This document shows positions 25,969 through 39,844 of a stretch of 64,000 nucleotides of DNA, one piece after another. The notes below the pieces were generated by a model. That model had not been told where the DNA came from and did no database searches. It saw nothing but the letters and a program-made list of their open reading frames with translations. Position 1 is the first letter of the stretch. The number at the start of each line of letters is the position of its first letter. Source of the DNA: Klebsormidium nitens (taxonomy: Eukaryota > Plantae > Klebsormidiophyceae); the NCBI GenBank assembly GCA_000708835.1, contig DF237320.1, forward strand, positions 1 to 64,000, in the 5' to 3' direction. Both the position numbers and the translations under genes were made by a program.

Positions 25969-27152
25969 GGATTCATAAAGCAGATCTCAAAATCCAAAAA
26001 TCGAGAGTGCTGAAGGCTGAAGCAGGTTTCAAAGAGGCCTCAATGCTGTGGAGTCCCAAATTCTCAAGATCTCAGCACTGGGTGGGACGATTAGTCCATA
26101 TTGCCACCCAATCACGTCATCTTCCTGACTCAAGTACACGCTTGTAAGCGCACCCTCTGCTGTCGCCTGGCATTGTGGCACCCTGCCTTTTCCCTACTTG
26201 CTGGCTGGCCTGGCGCCAGTGGGCAATTCGTGACTGAACACACCGTATTTGTAATCTGCTTTCCACTGTGGCTCCGCCCTTCTTTTCACAGTATCTGGGG
26301 CGAAACTGGGCAACTTCATGTGCGCATATATAAATAACGTGACATTATGGGGACGGCATGCTTATACGTACATTGAAACACAAACGTGACGGGCAGCTCC
26401 CGTTTCAAAAGGCGTATTAGGCCCGTCACCTTTTTCGAATTTGTATCAAGGCGGCTTCACAAGTTTTCTCCCCCTCCCGACCTCGGTCAAGGGGGTCGGG
26501 GCCTCTCAGCCTCGCGCACAAACCACCGGGGTATGACCCTGCGACCCCCCTCGTAGAGGCTCCGGTTGCGATTTCCCGACTCATGTTAGCATAAATCAAT
26601 CAAATGTCTCTAGGTTGGAAAAAATCAAGGCGGCTTCACAGAAATTAAACCGGTTATCGGACAGTGACGCCTTCGTTCAATACAGCGGAGGAAGGCCGTT
26701 TTCTCACAGCCACTGCCACTGGTCCGCATGAATATATTAAACTGCAAATTTGATTATTGCTTATATCACAGAGCAGCAGAAGCAGCAACTTCTGCCACTG
26801 GAATTGCAGCTTCTCCGAAGTTCTCGGACTCGATCCATCATCTTGATTCTTCAATTGTGCAAGTTGCAACTTCCATCACAACTCACGAGTCGATCTTTGC
26901 GGCTGGCCTGCCTCACATGGCTTCTTTAAGGGACTCTCCTTTTGAGTAGAAGTTTCACATTTCTTCAAAACCACTCTTAAAGGCACTAGGATACACTTTC
27001 ACCTTTCAACCCACAAAGGTGTGTGACTTCCTCTGCCACCACTGTCGGTGCTTCCTCTAGGTGTCCCCAATTCTAGACTCTAGCCTAGAAGAAGAGCATT
27101 GGGTAGGGTACTGCCGGCAATTGACGCAGCAGAAGCCTTGATTGTGTTGAAC

Positions 27153-30100
27153 ATGGTGGCTGCGCTCACAAACGAGTGCAGCGTGTACAAGGAGCGCAAG
27201 AGCCGCCGGTGGTTTGTTTGCCAGGAGGACAATGAATCCCCTCTCATCTGCAAAACCTGCAATGCAACAGATGCAAAGAGAAAATCAGAGCCCCCGCCCC
27301 CTCTGATGTGTACGATCGTCCAAAAGGGTGGCAAAACGATTGGGTACGCGCGTCCCAACCCTGAAGCAACAATCAAGAGGTCTGCAGCAATCTTTAGGGC
27401 TTCACAAGACGAGGCGCAGGGTGTGATTGAGACCACAAGCATCTCACCAACCGCTGAGAACCTTGGCAAGACATCAGTCAAGCTCAAGGACTCGGCCCCG
27501 GAAGAAAATGCATCGGCGCCTGAGAAAGTGGCCGCATTGGGTGGGCAGCAAGAGGGAAGCGCGGTGCCAATGGACTTGCCCTCGTCAGCCGGGCAGGAAA
27601 GCGAGCAGCACAGAGGAGAAGAAGCGGGAGCAGTTCAGAGGGGAGGGGTTCTCGCTCCAGCCGGCGTGCAAGAGTGGGACTTGCGCACTGCGGCAGTCCT
27701 GAGGATGTGGAGGGTGCACGTCGGAGCAAACGGCGCCTCGGCCAGATGAGCAGCATGACATTAGATGGAGAGCACTTTGGTGCAAAGCATGCGAAAAGAA
27801 AGACGGCGGTGGAAGCAGAGGTGGAAGTCGAGGCGCCAGAGAAGAAGCGATCGCTTCGGGAGATTCACAAGCGCTCCGCAAAGCGAGGGCCTGATCCCAC
27901 CCCAGACAGTGCCCTTGCAGCAGAACACTCGGAGGAAGAATGTGATGTGGACATTGAGGGGGCCGCTGACGCTGTGGGGCAGCAGTGCGTTGGGTGCGGG
28001 GTGACGGAGTCGAGGAGGTGGTATGGGGGCGGGAACACGTGCAGCAAGTGTTACAACCGCGAGTACGAAAGGAACAGGAGGGCGCGGAGCGGGGGCAATT
28101 CAGCGGAGGGGAGCGTGCCGCACAACGAGGGGCCAACAGTCGCAGCACTGGAGCCTTCCCCAAATCAGGGTTTGCAGAAGGAGACAGAAAGCAGTGAACC
28201 CACTGGAGACTTGAAGCGGAAACGAGGGAGGCCGCCAGTGGGTGCGCCCAAGTCCTCAGGCAAGAAGGAGGTGGCGGCAGAAGCGTACGAACCTGGGCGG
28301 TGCGCTGACTGCGGAACACGCCGGAAGACACCCCAATGGCATGCGGGCGCAGGGGGAGCGAAGACGCAGTGCCAAAAGTGCCACGACCAGGGACCCGGGG
28401 GGGTTTGTCACCAGTGCGGGGGTNNNNNNNNNNNNNNNNNNNNNNNNNNNNNNNNNNNNNNNNNNNNNNNNNNNNNNNNNNNNNNNNNNNNNNNNNNNNN
28501 NNNNNNNNNNNNNNNNNNNNNNNNNNNNNNNNNNNNNNNNNNNNNNNNNNNNNNNNNNNNNNNNNNNNNNNNNNNNNNNNNNNNNNNNNNNNNNNNNNNN
28601 NNNNNNNNNNNNNNNNNNNNNNNNNNNNNNNNNNNNNNNNNNNNNNNNNNNNNNNNNNNNNNNNNNNNNNNNNNNNNNNNNNNNNNNNNNNNNNNNNNNN
28701 NNNNNNNNNNNNNNNNNNNNNNNNNNNNNNNNNNNNNNNNNNNNNNNNNNNNNNNNNNNNNNNNNNNNNNNNNNNNNNNNNNNNNNNNNNNNNNNNNNNN
28801 NNNNNNNNNNNNNNNNNNNNNNNNNNNNNNNNNNNNNNNNNNNNNNNNNNNNNNNNNNNNNNNNNNNNNNNNNNNNNNNNNNNNNNNNNNNNNNNNNNNN
28901 NNNNNNNNNNNNNNNNNNNNNNNNNNNNNNNNNNNNNNNNNNNNNNNNNNNNNNNNNNNNNNNNNNNNNNNNNNNNNNNNNNNNNNNNNNNNNNNNNNNN
29001 NNNNNNNNNNNNNNNNNNNNNNNNNNAAAAGGGGCCTGAAGAGCCGAAGCCCACTTGCACCTCGTGCTATGCTATGCTCTCCACAGCGAAAGAGGATGGG
29101 CCTTCACCAAACGCAGCCGGGGGTAAAATACCGTCGCCAGAGATGAAGGCTGCCCCGGAAAAGGTTCCTGGGGAGGGGATCCCCCTGACTGGCGCGCTTG
29201 TGAGTCGGCGGGTTGAAGTCTGGTGCCCTATTGACAACAGGTAAGGCTTGCCCCAGTTTTGCATCGTGCATGTCAGCTTTCAACCAAATGGGATGTCCTC
29301 TTGGTGTGCCCCTCTGCCGCTTGTGGTTGGCCCGACATCCTTCAAAGTGGTTGGGTCTCCAGTTGTTGCCTGCTGCTGAGTTTTGCATGCTCTCACTAGA
29401 GCGTTACCTTGTTTGATTCTGTGGCCGTCTTGGCTGTTGTGAACAAGGCTCCACTGGAGTGTTCAGGCCAATTGCTCGCTTTGATGGTTTGGATGTATCT
29501 CTGAAACAGGTGCCTTGCCTTTGAACGTCGCTCTTGATACATCGAGGTCCCTCTGTGCTAAGTTTCAGTGTTTAAAACCGCATAGGCCTGGTTGCTATCA
29601 ATCTGAACCATCCTTCGTACGCTTTGCTTTCAATTGTCGCCCATGTTGAGGGTCTTATGCAGACAGGCGCTGCGACAGTACTGTCAGGAAACCTTCTCAG
29701 AGGCCAAACAATGCCTCTGGCAGCAATTTGATGCTCAAGATTGGAGATCGATGCTGCTGAGCCTTGGTATATGACCGTGTTTATAACAAAATTGCTGTCT
29801 GATCGAAGGCTTTGCTCAATTGCAGATTCAATGCGGGCCGAGTTGTGCGCTTCACCAACTACAACAAATGGCACCAGGTACGGTCGCCAGCTCTGTCTTA
29901 TTTGTCCACTTCTGGGTCACTTTCTCCAGGAAGGCCATGAGGAAGCTGCGGATTTTATGCTGGTGTTGTACTTACATTTCGTGGAGAGCCCGACTGTAGT
30001 AGTTGAGGAGAGCCCTTCGCGAAGACTGAGTTATTATCGTTCAACACCAAAAGATGCTTTCCCCATTCGTTATGCAGCGAAGGAAACTTTCACAACATTT

Positions 30101-33100
30101 CCACTCTTTATCTTCTGTCGTAAAATTTGTCCCGCACAAGCAGCCCAATCTAGAAAACAATCCTAATTTGTGCGTCATTCAGAGCTGAACGGTTCACTAA
30201 GAAGGCTCTTTTGACCAGCGTCTTTCTCTCCGCGTTCTCTTTCCAATCTCAGGCGCCCAGTCAAACTTTCACGGTTCCCAGGCGTGCTGAATGGCAACGT
30301 TTGCATCACTCTGTCATATCTTGACGTGTGAGCCATAGGCTGGAGGCTTGACATGGACATTTTCAATTTCCTGGCAGGTGCGGTACGACGATGGAACCAA
30401 GGAGGTCCTGAATCTCGCAAAAGAGCGGTGGAAGCTTCTCCCACGAAATCACGAGAACGGAGATGAGAAACAAAGGACGAGCGAAAAGAAGGGGCCAGAA
30501 CAAGACGAGGGGCCGGAAGAAAAGGGGGCTTCAGGAGAAGTGGCGATGCGGGGAGGCGATGCTGACGGGGAAGACTCTGGAGTGGACAGCAGCCTGCCCA
30601 TTAGCAACTGGGCAAAACACGCAATTGGGACCTCCAAGCTGAACGCGAAGCGCAAGAAGGCACAACGGAAAGAAGCCGCTGCCGATGCGCCAGGCAAAAG
30701 CGGCCGCCGTGAAGTGGGGGGTCCGGCAACGCGCTTTGGATCTGGGGGCGTGAACGCAAAAGAGGGAGGGGCAGGGGGGGTGCTTGCGGCTGAGAGTGGG
30801 CCCCCCTGTTTCGGGAAAGCTCCGGCGATGTTGGGGGAGGTCTTGGAGCTGGTGTTCGAAAAGGAGCGGCGGGAGGGCGCTGCAAACGAGCTGGAGGGCG
30901 GGCCTGAAGGGCTGAGAAAGCCATCGGGAGGGGGGCTGCAAATGAGCGGCGACAAAACGGCCAGGAGCGGAGCCGGAGAATGGGCAAGCGGTGCGGCTGT
31001 GGGTGCAGGCCAAGGGGACACGGTACCAGAGGACGCGTCTCACGAGCAAGATCCATCTCGAGGCTTGGTGAGCGGGACGTTGTCTAAATCCTGGGAAGCT
31101 CTCGTCTCCTTCATTGAACAGCTTCCCAGGTCCTCTTTTTCTCTAGATCTGAGGATAAGTCGATTCTGAGAGTAGCGGCTAGCCCTTCTTTGCAGCAGGT
31201 TTTTTAGCCTAGGGATGCTTTCCCTTTGGCGTTAGTCCTTTGGGCCGGGCTTTTCCGCGGGTTTCCGAGCTGGATTCGGCTCCTCCGAGCATGCTGTCGT
31301 CAATCTTCTTACACTTTGTTTCTCGGTGATCGACCCCCGTGACTTCTTGAGCGCTCAAATTGGTTGTTTCAGCCTTTGGTGAGGTTTAAAGTATACTACG
31401 ATACCTGCGTTTCTGGCAAGAATGGAAACCAGGATGGCACGTCAGTACGTGCTTGACAGATGGCGGATCGATATGTGTGTTTATGGAGCCCAAAAGAGCT
31501 TGTTCCGGGAGCACACGAACTTCCTTCGAGGAACTGAGCTTCGTCGAGGAAGAAGAAACGGGTTTGTCCATTGGAGAAGAGCCCTGGTGTCATTGGACTA
31601 CGGGTTCTCTTTCAATCAGGTTGAGTTGCATCCATGCTGCTGCGACAGGTGGGAATGAATGCTTCTCGAAGACGCGCAGATGTTTTGCATATCTTGCTCC
31701 TTAGTCCGCCGCATGTCGTCAGGAGTTGAAGAATTTCGTTCAGGTCGTGCATCTGTCGAATCCAGGAGTCAAGTGGAAGCTGGTAGACCTCGAGGATGAC
31801 TATCTCAAGACCAAAACTGCAATTTCGCAAAGCATTCTTGCACCTATTCAGACACTTTCACCAGTCGTTCCAAGTACTTCGTCTGTACGTATTCTTATTG
31901 GCTTGAGTCTTCCTTTGGCCCCACGATCAGAACGTCTGAGTTCATTCGACGTGTCTGACTGTATTTTCAACTCTGTATCACCAGCGTTTTTAAGTCCTCT
32001 TAACCCTTCCTCTTGCTGACACGCTTCTCGCTTCTAGCTAAGCACGTTTGTCGTGGGATAGCTATCTCAGCTGAGTCAACAATCGTGAACAAGCAAGCCA
32101 CTTGGCCTTACCCGTTTCCTTGTAATTCTACAGGCCAGCGGACGCGTCGCACCTACTATCCCGCCCTCTGAGCTTCCCGACCGGAAAGTCGCTGACGGAC
32201 CCCTTCCTCAGGATGCGGGGCGTGGGCGCAGCTCAGAAGTGGTCGAGGAGAAGCCTGGAGTTACAGCAGACACACCAACCGCAGCGGCTGGAGGCGACGG
32301 TCCCCCTTCGACCAATGCGGTGGACGATTCACTCAAGGCCCAACCCAAGCCCTCGGACGTGAAAGACCTGCAGTCGGATGGACTGCGGACGGCAACAGCA
32401 GAACCGAAGGGTGCGCGGGCGGATGAGACGCAGATTGAAGACCTGCGAAGTGAAGAAGCGGAGCTCGACGAACGGCAGAAGGGAGGAGTGGCTGAGGGGC
32501 CACGTGGCAGCAGCAGGAAGCGGTGCGCGTCGTGCGGGGTGACCAAGTCGAGGCGGTGGTACGGCGCGTCAGCAGGCACGCGCAAGTGCAGCAAGTGCTA
32601 TGACAGAGATCACGGGTCGAAGAACAAAGCGCGGAAGGGGAGCGGTGGGGAGAAGAAGAATGTGCCTGGCGATGAGGAAGGCGGGTCTGGAGGGCTCACG
32701 AAGAGTCGTAAGCGCCAGCGTAAAGACGGTCTCACCGCTGGGGAGGCGAAGACGGCGGGCGCTGCTGTTGGTGGCGCGGAAGTACAGCCTGGAGGCGTCA
32801 CTAAGAAGGGGCGGAAAGCCGGAATAACGGACGGGGTGAAAAGAGAGGAGGAGGAAGAGACGGAAGGCGCTGCTGAGGAGGAAGAGGTGGTGACGAAGGG
32901 CGGAGCTAAAAGAGGGAGGAGGGAGAAGTCACGAGACGGTGTGAGAGGAGAGACGGCCGAAGGGGCTCAAGGCGCCATTGACGGGGGTGCAAAGGCGGAT
33001 GCGGACATCAAGGTTCCGAAGGCAGGAAACAAGATTCGATCAGGGAAGGGCACGGACCTGGGGGAGGAACAGGGAACGGAGGGCGCTGCAAAACGTGGGG

Positions 33101-36100
33101 AGGCGGTAGAGGTGGCAGGCACGTTCCAGGGGCAAATGAGTTCGAAAAAAGGCAGCGATGCAGAGGGGGGGAGTGCGCCCGTGTTAGGGACTGAGCCGGG
33201 GGATCCCCCTGCAGGACAGGGCCTGCAAGGCTTCGTTGGCAAAGTGTCGGAGGGTTTGTTTGAAGCGGGGAAAGAACGTGTGGCAAAGGCGGATTGGGGC
33301 GAACGGCGGGAAGGTGCAGACAATGGGGCAAGCGATGCAGGGACGGGGACAGATGGGCACGCGGCCGACGCTGACAGGGAAGGCGTGGTGAAGGGGATGG
33401 CAGGGGTTTCTCGCAAGGAGAGCTTCTACAAAGGATTGGTAAGAAACTGATGCTGGTCGAGTCCTGCTTCGTGAGATTCAGAAGGTGCTTTGAACCCCAG
33501 GAACTATCTGGTTCTTAGAGCTTGCTTCTCTTTGTTGGTCGCTTGGGCGAGGGGGCAGAATGGAACGAAGTGCGTCATACCCCATGCGACTTGCTTCTGG
33601 TGTCCATGCTTTCTGTGGATCACATGTTTCTTCGCCAGTCTTCGTTAGCCAAAACCTTAAAAGCGGTCAGCAATTGCTTCTTTTGCTCCTCTGCATCCTC
33701 TGCAAATCTCGCAGGGGAAAATAAAAGTGTTGGAAGCCATTTCGTCAGAGGTGTTGCACTCGTCAGTTAGCGGCGCTCGACTGATGCTGGAAGGGTCTGT
33801 CTGGTATCGTAGCCGAGTGGCTCTGTAAGCTACGAGCAAGGAAAGCTCAGTGCCAGCGAGCAGACACGAGATGTGCCATTAGCAATCACTTCTGTTGTTG
33901 TTGACAGCTTCCTTCTGTGCGCCTGGGGTCTGCAACCGGTTAAGATATAGACTTTTCATCCTGCCTCGCATTGTGGAAAGACTGGAGAGCCTGCTTTCGG
34001 AATCGCGATGACATTCTACACTTCTACACTTCTACCTATTCAGCGTTTTAGAGGGGGTCTGCTTTTGAAGTAGCCATTCAAGGTTGTCTCAATGCAACAT
34101 GTGGTTGTTCAGACGTGCAATGGAAGAATTACCTCCGCATCCTTTTTCTTATTATCAGGACATGTATCTCATCTACACTGAGAAGGGATTTGCGGTCCTT
34201 CTCCTCTCTTCACTCCAACTCCGAGGAACCCGGATTTGGGCACGGCGACGTAATTGCAAATTCTGCCGTTTTGGGTCGGGGAAAAGCGTTCGTGAAGTCC
34301 TTTCCGTTCATTGATGTCTGCGGCACCACTTGCTGACGGCAAGTCTCCCGTTTTATCTGCAGGAGTCAGCGCATGGTTCGCCTGTCCTTTCTCCCCCAAT
34401 CAAAGCTACCAACCGGCATTCTACTGCGGGAACAAATTCAACCCCAAGCACGGAAGCAGCAGCGCCCAAAGAAGATCTCCGATCGGCTCAACCCGGCAGC
34501 AAAGCGCTGGCAGAGAATGAGCCCGGGGATAGCGACCCGTTGGCACGTGAGAAGAAGCGGAGCAGCACGGAGAAGCCTTCCGGACAGCCTAGCGCGGAAG
34601 AAGCAGGCGGAGCCATCAGAGAGGGTGAGGGAAAGCTGGTCGCCCGGAAGAAGGCACTGGGACTGGCGGCCAAGTCGACAGAGGTAGCAGGGAAGGGCGA
34701 CCCGGCAGGTGGTGTCTCGGTAAAAGCAGCGGGAGTGGAGAGTGCTCGCACTGAGGAAGAGAGCGCCAGCGCGGCATTGAGGGGCGGCACCGTCAAGCCA
34801 GTGGGGAAGGGCGCTGGCCTGGACGTTGGGAAGGGTTCTGATGTCAACGCGGGGTTGGATGCTGACGGAACGAAGGAGGGGAGAGCCGACGGTTTAAATG
34901 AGGGAGAAGGGGACGTTGCATCGGACCAGAGCGCTGACACCCCAACGAAGAAAGATCTCCTGGCTGCAATTGAGCGGGAGCTGCAGGAGAGGGAGCGTGT
35001 GGTCGAGGCGAGCACCTTGCTCGGGGGTTCCCCCGCCGAGAAGCCGCCGAAGCACAGCTCAATGCCCCAGCCGGCGGTCCTGCACCTGGAGAATGAAACT
35101 GCTAGCCTCATTTCTGGGGGCCCGGATGTTCCTCCCAGGGCTGCTGACGTTGCTGCCGGGGCTGCTGACGCCACTGGGCGTTCCGGCGCTGACCATTCGG
35201 AGGAGCGGGTCCCTGCCGCAAATGGAACGGCGATGACCTCGCCCATCGCACAGCCGGAGCTGGGGTCAAAGGAGCGGACTGATGTGGGGCAGAGGGGCGA
35301 AGGTCTGGAGAGCGGGGCTGCTGACGTCACAGCGGAGGGATGTGCTGACGGCACACAGGGGGATAACGGGCCGGACAGGAAGGAGGACAATAACGGAGGG
35401 GAGCAAGGGCACAACTCTGGAGAGAACGGTGCGCAAGGACAACAAATACGGGGTTCGCAAGATCTCAGGGAAACGAGCGGAGGCGAAGCACCACGACCGA
35501 CCATTCAGGGCGACCAGGCTGGGCCTTCGCAGCAGGCAGCAAGAGGTGAAGCGCAGACCGTGGTTGCCGAAGCAAAGGGAAAGGCTCCGGCAGGTGCCAC
35601 GTGTCACACAGAGGTACCCCCTGCGACCGAGGCGCTCCAGCATGCCGAGCAGCTGCCGTCGCCCGCAAGCTATGGTTCCCTCTAGAAGGCATATGCAGAC
35701 AAGCTTTCCGAGCCGGAAAGCGGAGGACCGTCCGAAGAGCGCGCCGGCGGTGTGTCGTCAGCCTCTCCCGGGGTTCTGCAGGAGCGCCCAGGAACAATCC
35801 CCGAGCCCTGGGCTGAAATCGTCGGCGCTCTGAGGGGGCTGATCCGCGTGACCGAGGACAGTGGCCGGGTGGTCGCGGCGCGGTTGGACACGCTTCTCGA
35901 AGCGCTCGAGCCGGCGCAAGGGGGTGGAACGAGGCAGGGGGCCCAAACAACCAGGGCCGCAGCTTTTGAGGCCGGGGCGCCGAGCACTGGGCCTTCCCTC
36001 GGGGAAGCCACGCCTCCCGAAAGTCCTGGACAGGTCCCCGAGGCTGCCGCCCGGGGAGGTGAAGTCAGCAAAGGCCGGTCAGAGGAGTCGGGATGGGGGC

Positions 36101-36180
36101 AATGCAGCGCCCGGAAAGTCCTGAGGATGGTAGCTGGTAGTCAACTGGACCAGGCGAGTGCAGAATTTGAGTTGTTGTGA
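27153..36180 (+). CDS. Large low-complexity nuclear protein with multiple GATA-like zinc fingers, AT-hook and PDS5/MSH6-like Tudor domain. Approximate exons 27153-29240 (frameshift near 27670, gap 28424-29027), 29826-29877, 30378-31067, 31723-31884, 32134-33438, unresolved small exons 33.7-34.3 kb, 34363-35613, 35686-36180
   Basis: CVGCGVTESRRWYGGGNTCSKC, CADCGTRRKTPQWHAGAGGAKTQCQKC, CASCGVTKSRRWYGASAGTRKCSKC; KRKRGRPP; spliced Tudor LVSRRVEVWCPIDNR|FNAGRVVRFTNYNKWHQ|VRYDDGTKEVLNLAKERWKLL. Confidence 0.75.
28424..29027. other. Assembly gap inside the zinc-finger exon
   Basis: N run, flanked by CHQCGG on the left and CTSC on the right. Confidence 1.
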
Positions 36181-36798
36181 CCTCCCGAACCTTCGTTCTG
36201 CCTTTTAAGCTCGGTCGTTGCATGCGAGCTTCGACCGGACTGTTGGGCTTTGTGCTTTTCGTTTCAGAGAAAGGCAGTTATGTTTTGAAATGGGCTCGGC
36301 TGTGTGCACTGTGCGGCTGCGAAATCATGGAAAGATTCGTGATCCCAACAAGTGGCTCCCTTCGATAGCTGTTTGCTGCTCGTATACCGTCTCTGTCTCT
36401 GTCATCTTTATGCCGTCCACCCTTCTTAACAGAGATGCACAAAAAATGTATTGATTCAAAGCAAGAGACGTCGCCCGATATCACCCGACCAAGCGGCACG
36501 GAGATTGCTTGGCTAGAATTGTCACCTTCCGTCAAGTCCACACTGCAACGGCTGATTGCAAAGGTCGTGTCCGTACACTCTTCTCCTGTGGTATCGCTTT
36601 TTAGAGGATTGAGCTTGATTCACTCTGACCATCTTTGTTAAGGCCCTGTCTCCGGTGCATGGGGCTCGCCGAACCCTGATCGGAACGCTTTTCTTGCAGG
36701 AACACATAACGAGCTGCGCTGTGCGAGATGGCCTTTGGTTGCGAGGAGCTTGAGAGTCTATCCAATCAAGAATCTATCAGTCAAGAAGGCACGTGGCG

Positions 36799-37478
36799 NN
36801 NNNNNNNNNNNNNNNNNNNNNNNNNNNNNNNNNNNNNNNNNNNNNNNNNNNNNNNNNNNNNNNNNNNNNNNNNNNNNNNNNNNNNNNNNNNNNNNNNNNN
36901 NNNNNNNNNNNNNNNNNNNNNNNNNNNNNNNNNNNNNNNNNNNNNNNNNNNNNNNNNNNNNNNNNNNNNNNNNNNNNNNNNNNNNNNNNNNNNNNNNNNN
37001 NNNNNNNNNNNNNNNNNNNNNNNNNNNNNNNNNNNNNNNNNNNNNNNNNNNNNNNNNNNNNNNNNNNNNNNNNNNNNNNNNNNNNNNNNNNNNNNNNNNN
37101 NNNNNNNNNNNNNNNNNNNNNNNNNNNNNNNNNNNNNNNNNNNNNNNNNNNNNNNNNNNNNNNNNNNNNNNNNNNNNNNNNNNNNNNNNNNNNNNNNNNN
37201 NNNNNNNNNNNNNNNNNNNNNNNNNNNNNNNNNNNNNNNNNNNNNNNNNNNNNNNNNNNNNNNNNNNNNNNNNNNNNNNNNNNNNNNNNNNNNNNNNNNN
37301 NNNNNNNNNNNNNNNNNNNNNNNNNNNNNNNNNNNNNNNNNNNNNNNNNNNNNNNNNNNNNNNNNNNNNNNNNNNNNNNNNNNNNNNNNNNNNNNNNNNN
37401 NNNNNNNNNNNNNNNNNNNNNNNNNNNNNNNNNNNNNNNNNNNNNNNNNNNNNNNNNNNNNNNNNNNNNNNNNNNNNN
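36799..37478. other. Assembly gap flanked by an identical 17-bp direct repeat
   Basis: CAAGAAGGCACGTGGCG at 36782-36798 and 37479-37495. Confidence 0.95.
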
Positions 37479-39844
37479 CAAGAAGGCACGTGGCGAAGGA
37501 TCCTCCTGGTCCAGTATACGGTCCAAACAGCTGTGAGATACGTGGCGGCTACTACTTCCAGAGGGCATAAAGTCGTTGGGTTTGCTTTTGACACGTGACT
37601 GTAGATACGGGCTGCAAGGGGGTTTTGACAGGGACGTAAGTGCTTTGTGCCCAGTTTAGCCAAAGAGGGTACTTTTGACACAGTCAAGAGCATGTAGAAT
37701 TAGCTTAATCATACAGTAGTTCAGAGGACCCGTCTATCAACACTTGCAAATGTCAATCTGTCCTTTCCGGTGACATGCGTCTGTATCTTAGTAGAGAGGT
37801 CGCATTGCAAAATTTCTTGACAAGCGACTCTAAGAATTTTGACAACAGAATAACAACAATCAAACAAAGTCTACCCCGAAAGTGTGAAAGTGTTAGATCT
37901 TGGGTTAGTGGCTGAACTAGTACTCATAAACTTTGTGACTACATTACGAACGCACCTATCCGTTTACGGTTGGTCGACCATTGAGCGGCTAGGCGACCAG
38001 AACTTGTGCACGGTACGTCTCCAAAGTTCGAGAGGGCAACGCCCGGTCTGACTTGGCCCTTCTTAGAGGCATTGTACAGTAGAGTCCCACGAGATTGAAC
38101 TGGCTGATCGCTGGCAAACGTGCTAGCACGGTTCGAATCCTATCAGAACTGTCGACTTGACGGTGGCCCGAGGGTCTCAACTCGATGGCATCATTGCAAC
38201 GAATCAAACTAGCTCCCTCAGGGCTTGTGCACTAGGCTCACGGCAAACTCGAATGCCGGGCCGGACTCACTGTGACGCATCGGTACCGTCCCGTAAGTCA
38301 GTGTTCAAGGTACTACTACCCCCCAACTTGGACGATTTGCAATCAGCTGAACCTTCTTGTCCAATGAGATATCTGATTCGCTTGCATCTATCATCATTGT
38401 CATTCGATTGTGATACTGATGCACAACTAGCTAACCGACAGCCGCGGCCGCTGCCAGTGCGCGTGGCAGGCACGTGGCTATATGTACGTGTGGATATGAC
38501 CGCATGACGTAAGACATTTCATTTAAGTGATATGTAGCTGCCAGAGACTCTGAGATCAGCCGCCACTGATCATGCAAATGGCAGATCGAACTTAGTAGAC
38601 GGTTTGAGCTCACTGGCAGCTTCCGATCCGGCGTAGTGAATCACTGCAGCCTTTCGATTAGCCAAATAATCAGTCACGGTGGCCCCATGCATATAGTGCC
38701 GCGATGCCGCCGCGTGATACGGCCTGTAGGCCAGAATTGGCAATGAATTGTTGTTTTAACGTATACAGGGCGGGCCGGGCGGCCCGCCGCGATCCGACAT
38801 GACAGTTTTAGTATCGATTGGTATGCACCTTGAACGGCACTAGGCCGGCCAGCGCGCTTTCAACTTAAGACTCGAGCAACGTGCGCGCGGGTTTCCAACG
38901 CATACATAGCTGGTGGCGCGCCACCCGCATGGGCCGCGGGCTCGACCGTCCCAAACAATCAGTCAATGAATCGACCCGGGACGGAGGGACGTACTACGGG
39001 AAACCCCAATGGATGCTTCTCTCTTTGAATAAGAGGGGTGACGCCACGACCTTCCCTCCTTCTTCCCCTCTTCTCCTCACGGACGAAGAAAGCCATTCTC
39101 TCCTCTGACATTCAGGCAAATCTGCCAGTCACAATCATAATAATGTGAGATTGTTCGACGAGCTTCAATTGCTTTTGGAAAAAGCCATAGCGAGACACGT
39201 GCGCCGCTGCTTGTAGTCCAGCCTTTGGTGTCGGGCAAAGATATGAACGTCATTGCACTTCCTGGGTTGAAACCACAAGCAATCGAAGCTGATGTTTATC
39301 TACTCAATTCTGCCCTGACTGCAAGTCGTTGCAGGTTGTCGGCATATATGGCAGGTAAACAGCTTGTGACATTGACAGCTTGTAACTTTGACAACAGAAG
39401 CCTTTTCCAGTGTTGGTCGGAAAAGAACAGGTTCAATGGGGCGATCCTGATGAAAGTCGTAGCAGAAGTCTTGAAGGGCCTTTCTCTAAAAGACGTAACC
39501 TGGGTGAACTTCTAGGTAGCTATAGCTGGCTTTGCCCCCATATCAGCACGTGAGGTCCTCCTTGTAGCTGGAAGTCGTCTGGGTCTTCTCATGTTTCTAC
39601 TTTGTTAGCGAAAGGCACCACCATCAGGGCACTCCCCTCAGACGAGCCTTCTCTGTGGAAGCATCTTAGGCAAGCTACCAGGAGATTCGTTAACCAGCAA
39701 AGCTCTTGCTGAATGGTTAAAAGAGCTTCTCTCTTTGACCAATGGATGTATAATTAGTACTAGATGCATCTAGGCCCCGCTTCATGGAAGACAGATACAT
39801 TAGACGCGGTGTCTGAACAGCTCTTCACATTCGAATTCGTACAG

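Noticed and set aside
35683-35685. In-frame TAG suggesting readthrough or a nonsense mutation
   Set aside because: More simply removed by a 72-nt phase-0 intron (GTACCC at 35614 to CTCTAG at 35685).
30449-35950. Long minus-strand Pro/Ser-rich ORFs (30449-31021, 32967-33416, 34488-35504)
   Set aside because: Antisense shadows of GC-rich plus-strand exons.
36728-37693. Long ORFs in the track spanning N-runs (also 27585-29060, 6272-6739)
   Set aside because: Artefacts of translating Ns.
38101-38145. B-box-like GGTTCGAATCC with a weak upstream A-box
   Set aside because: No T-stem or acceptor-stem pairing and too short for a cloverleaf; not a tRNA.
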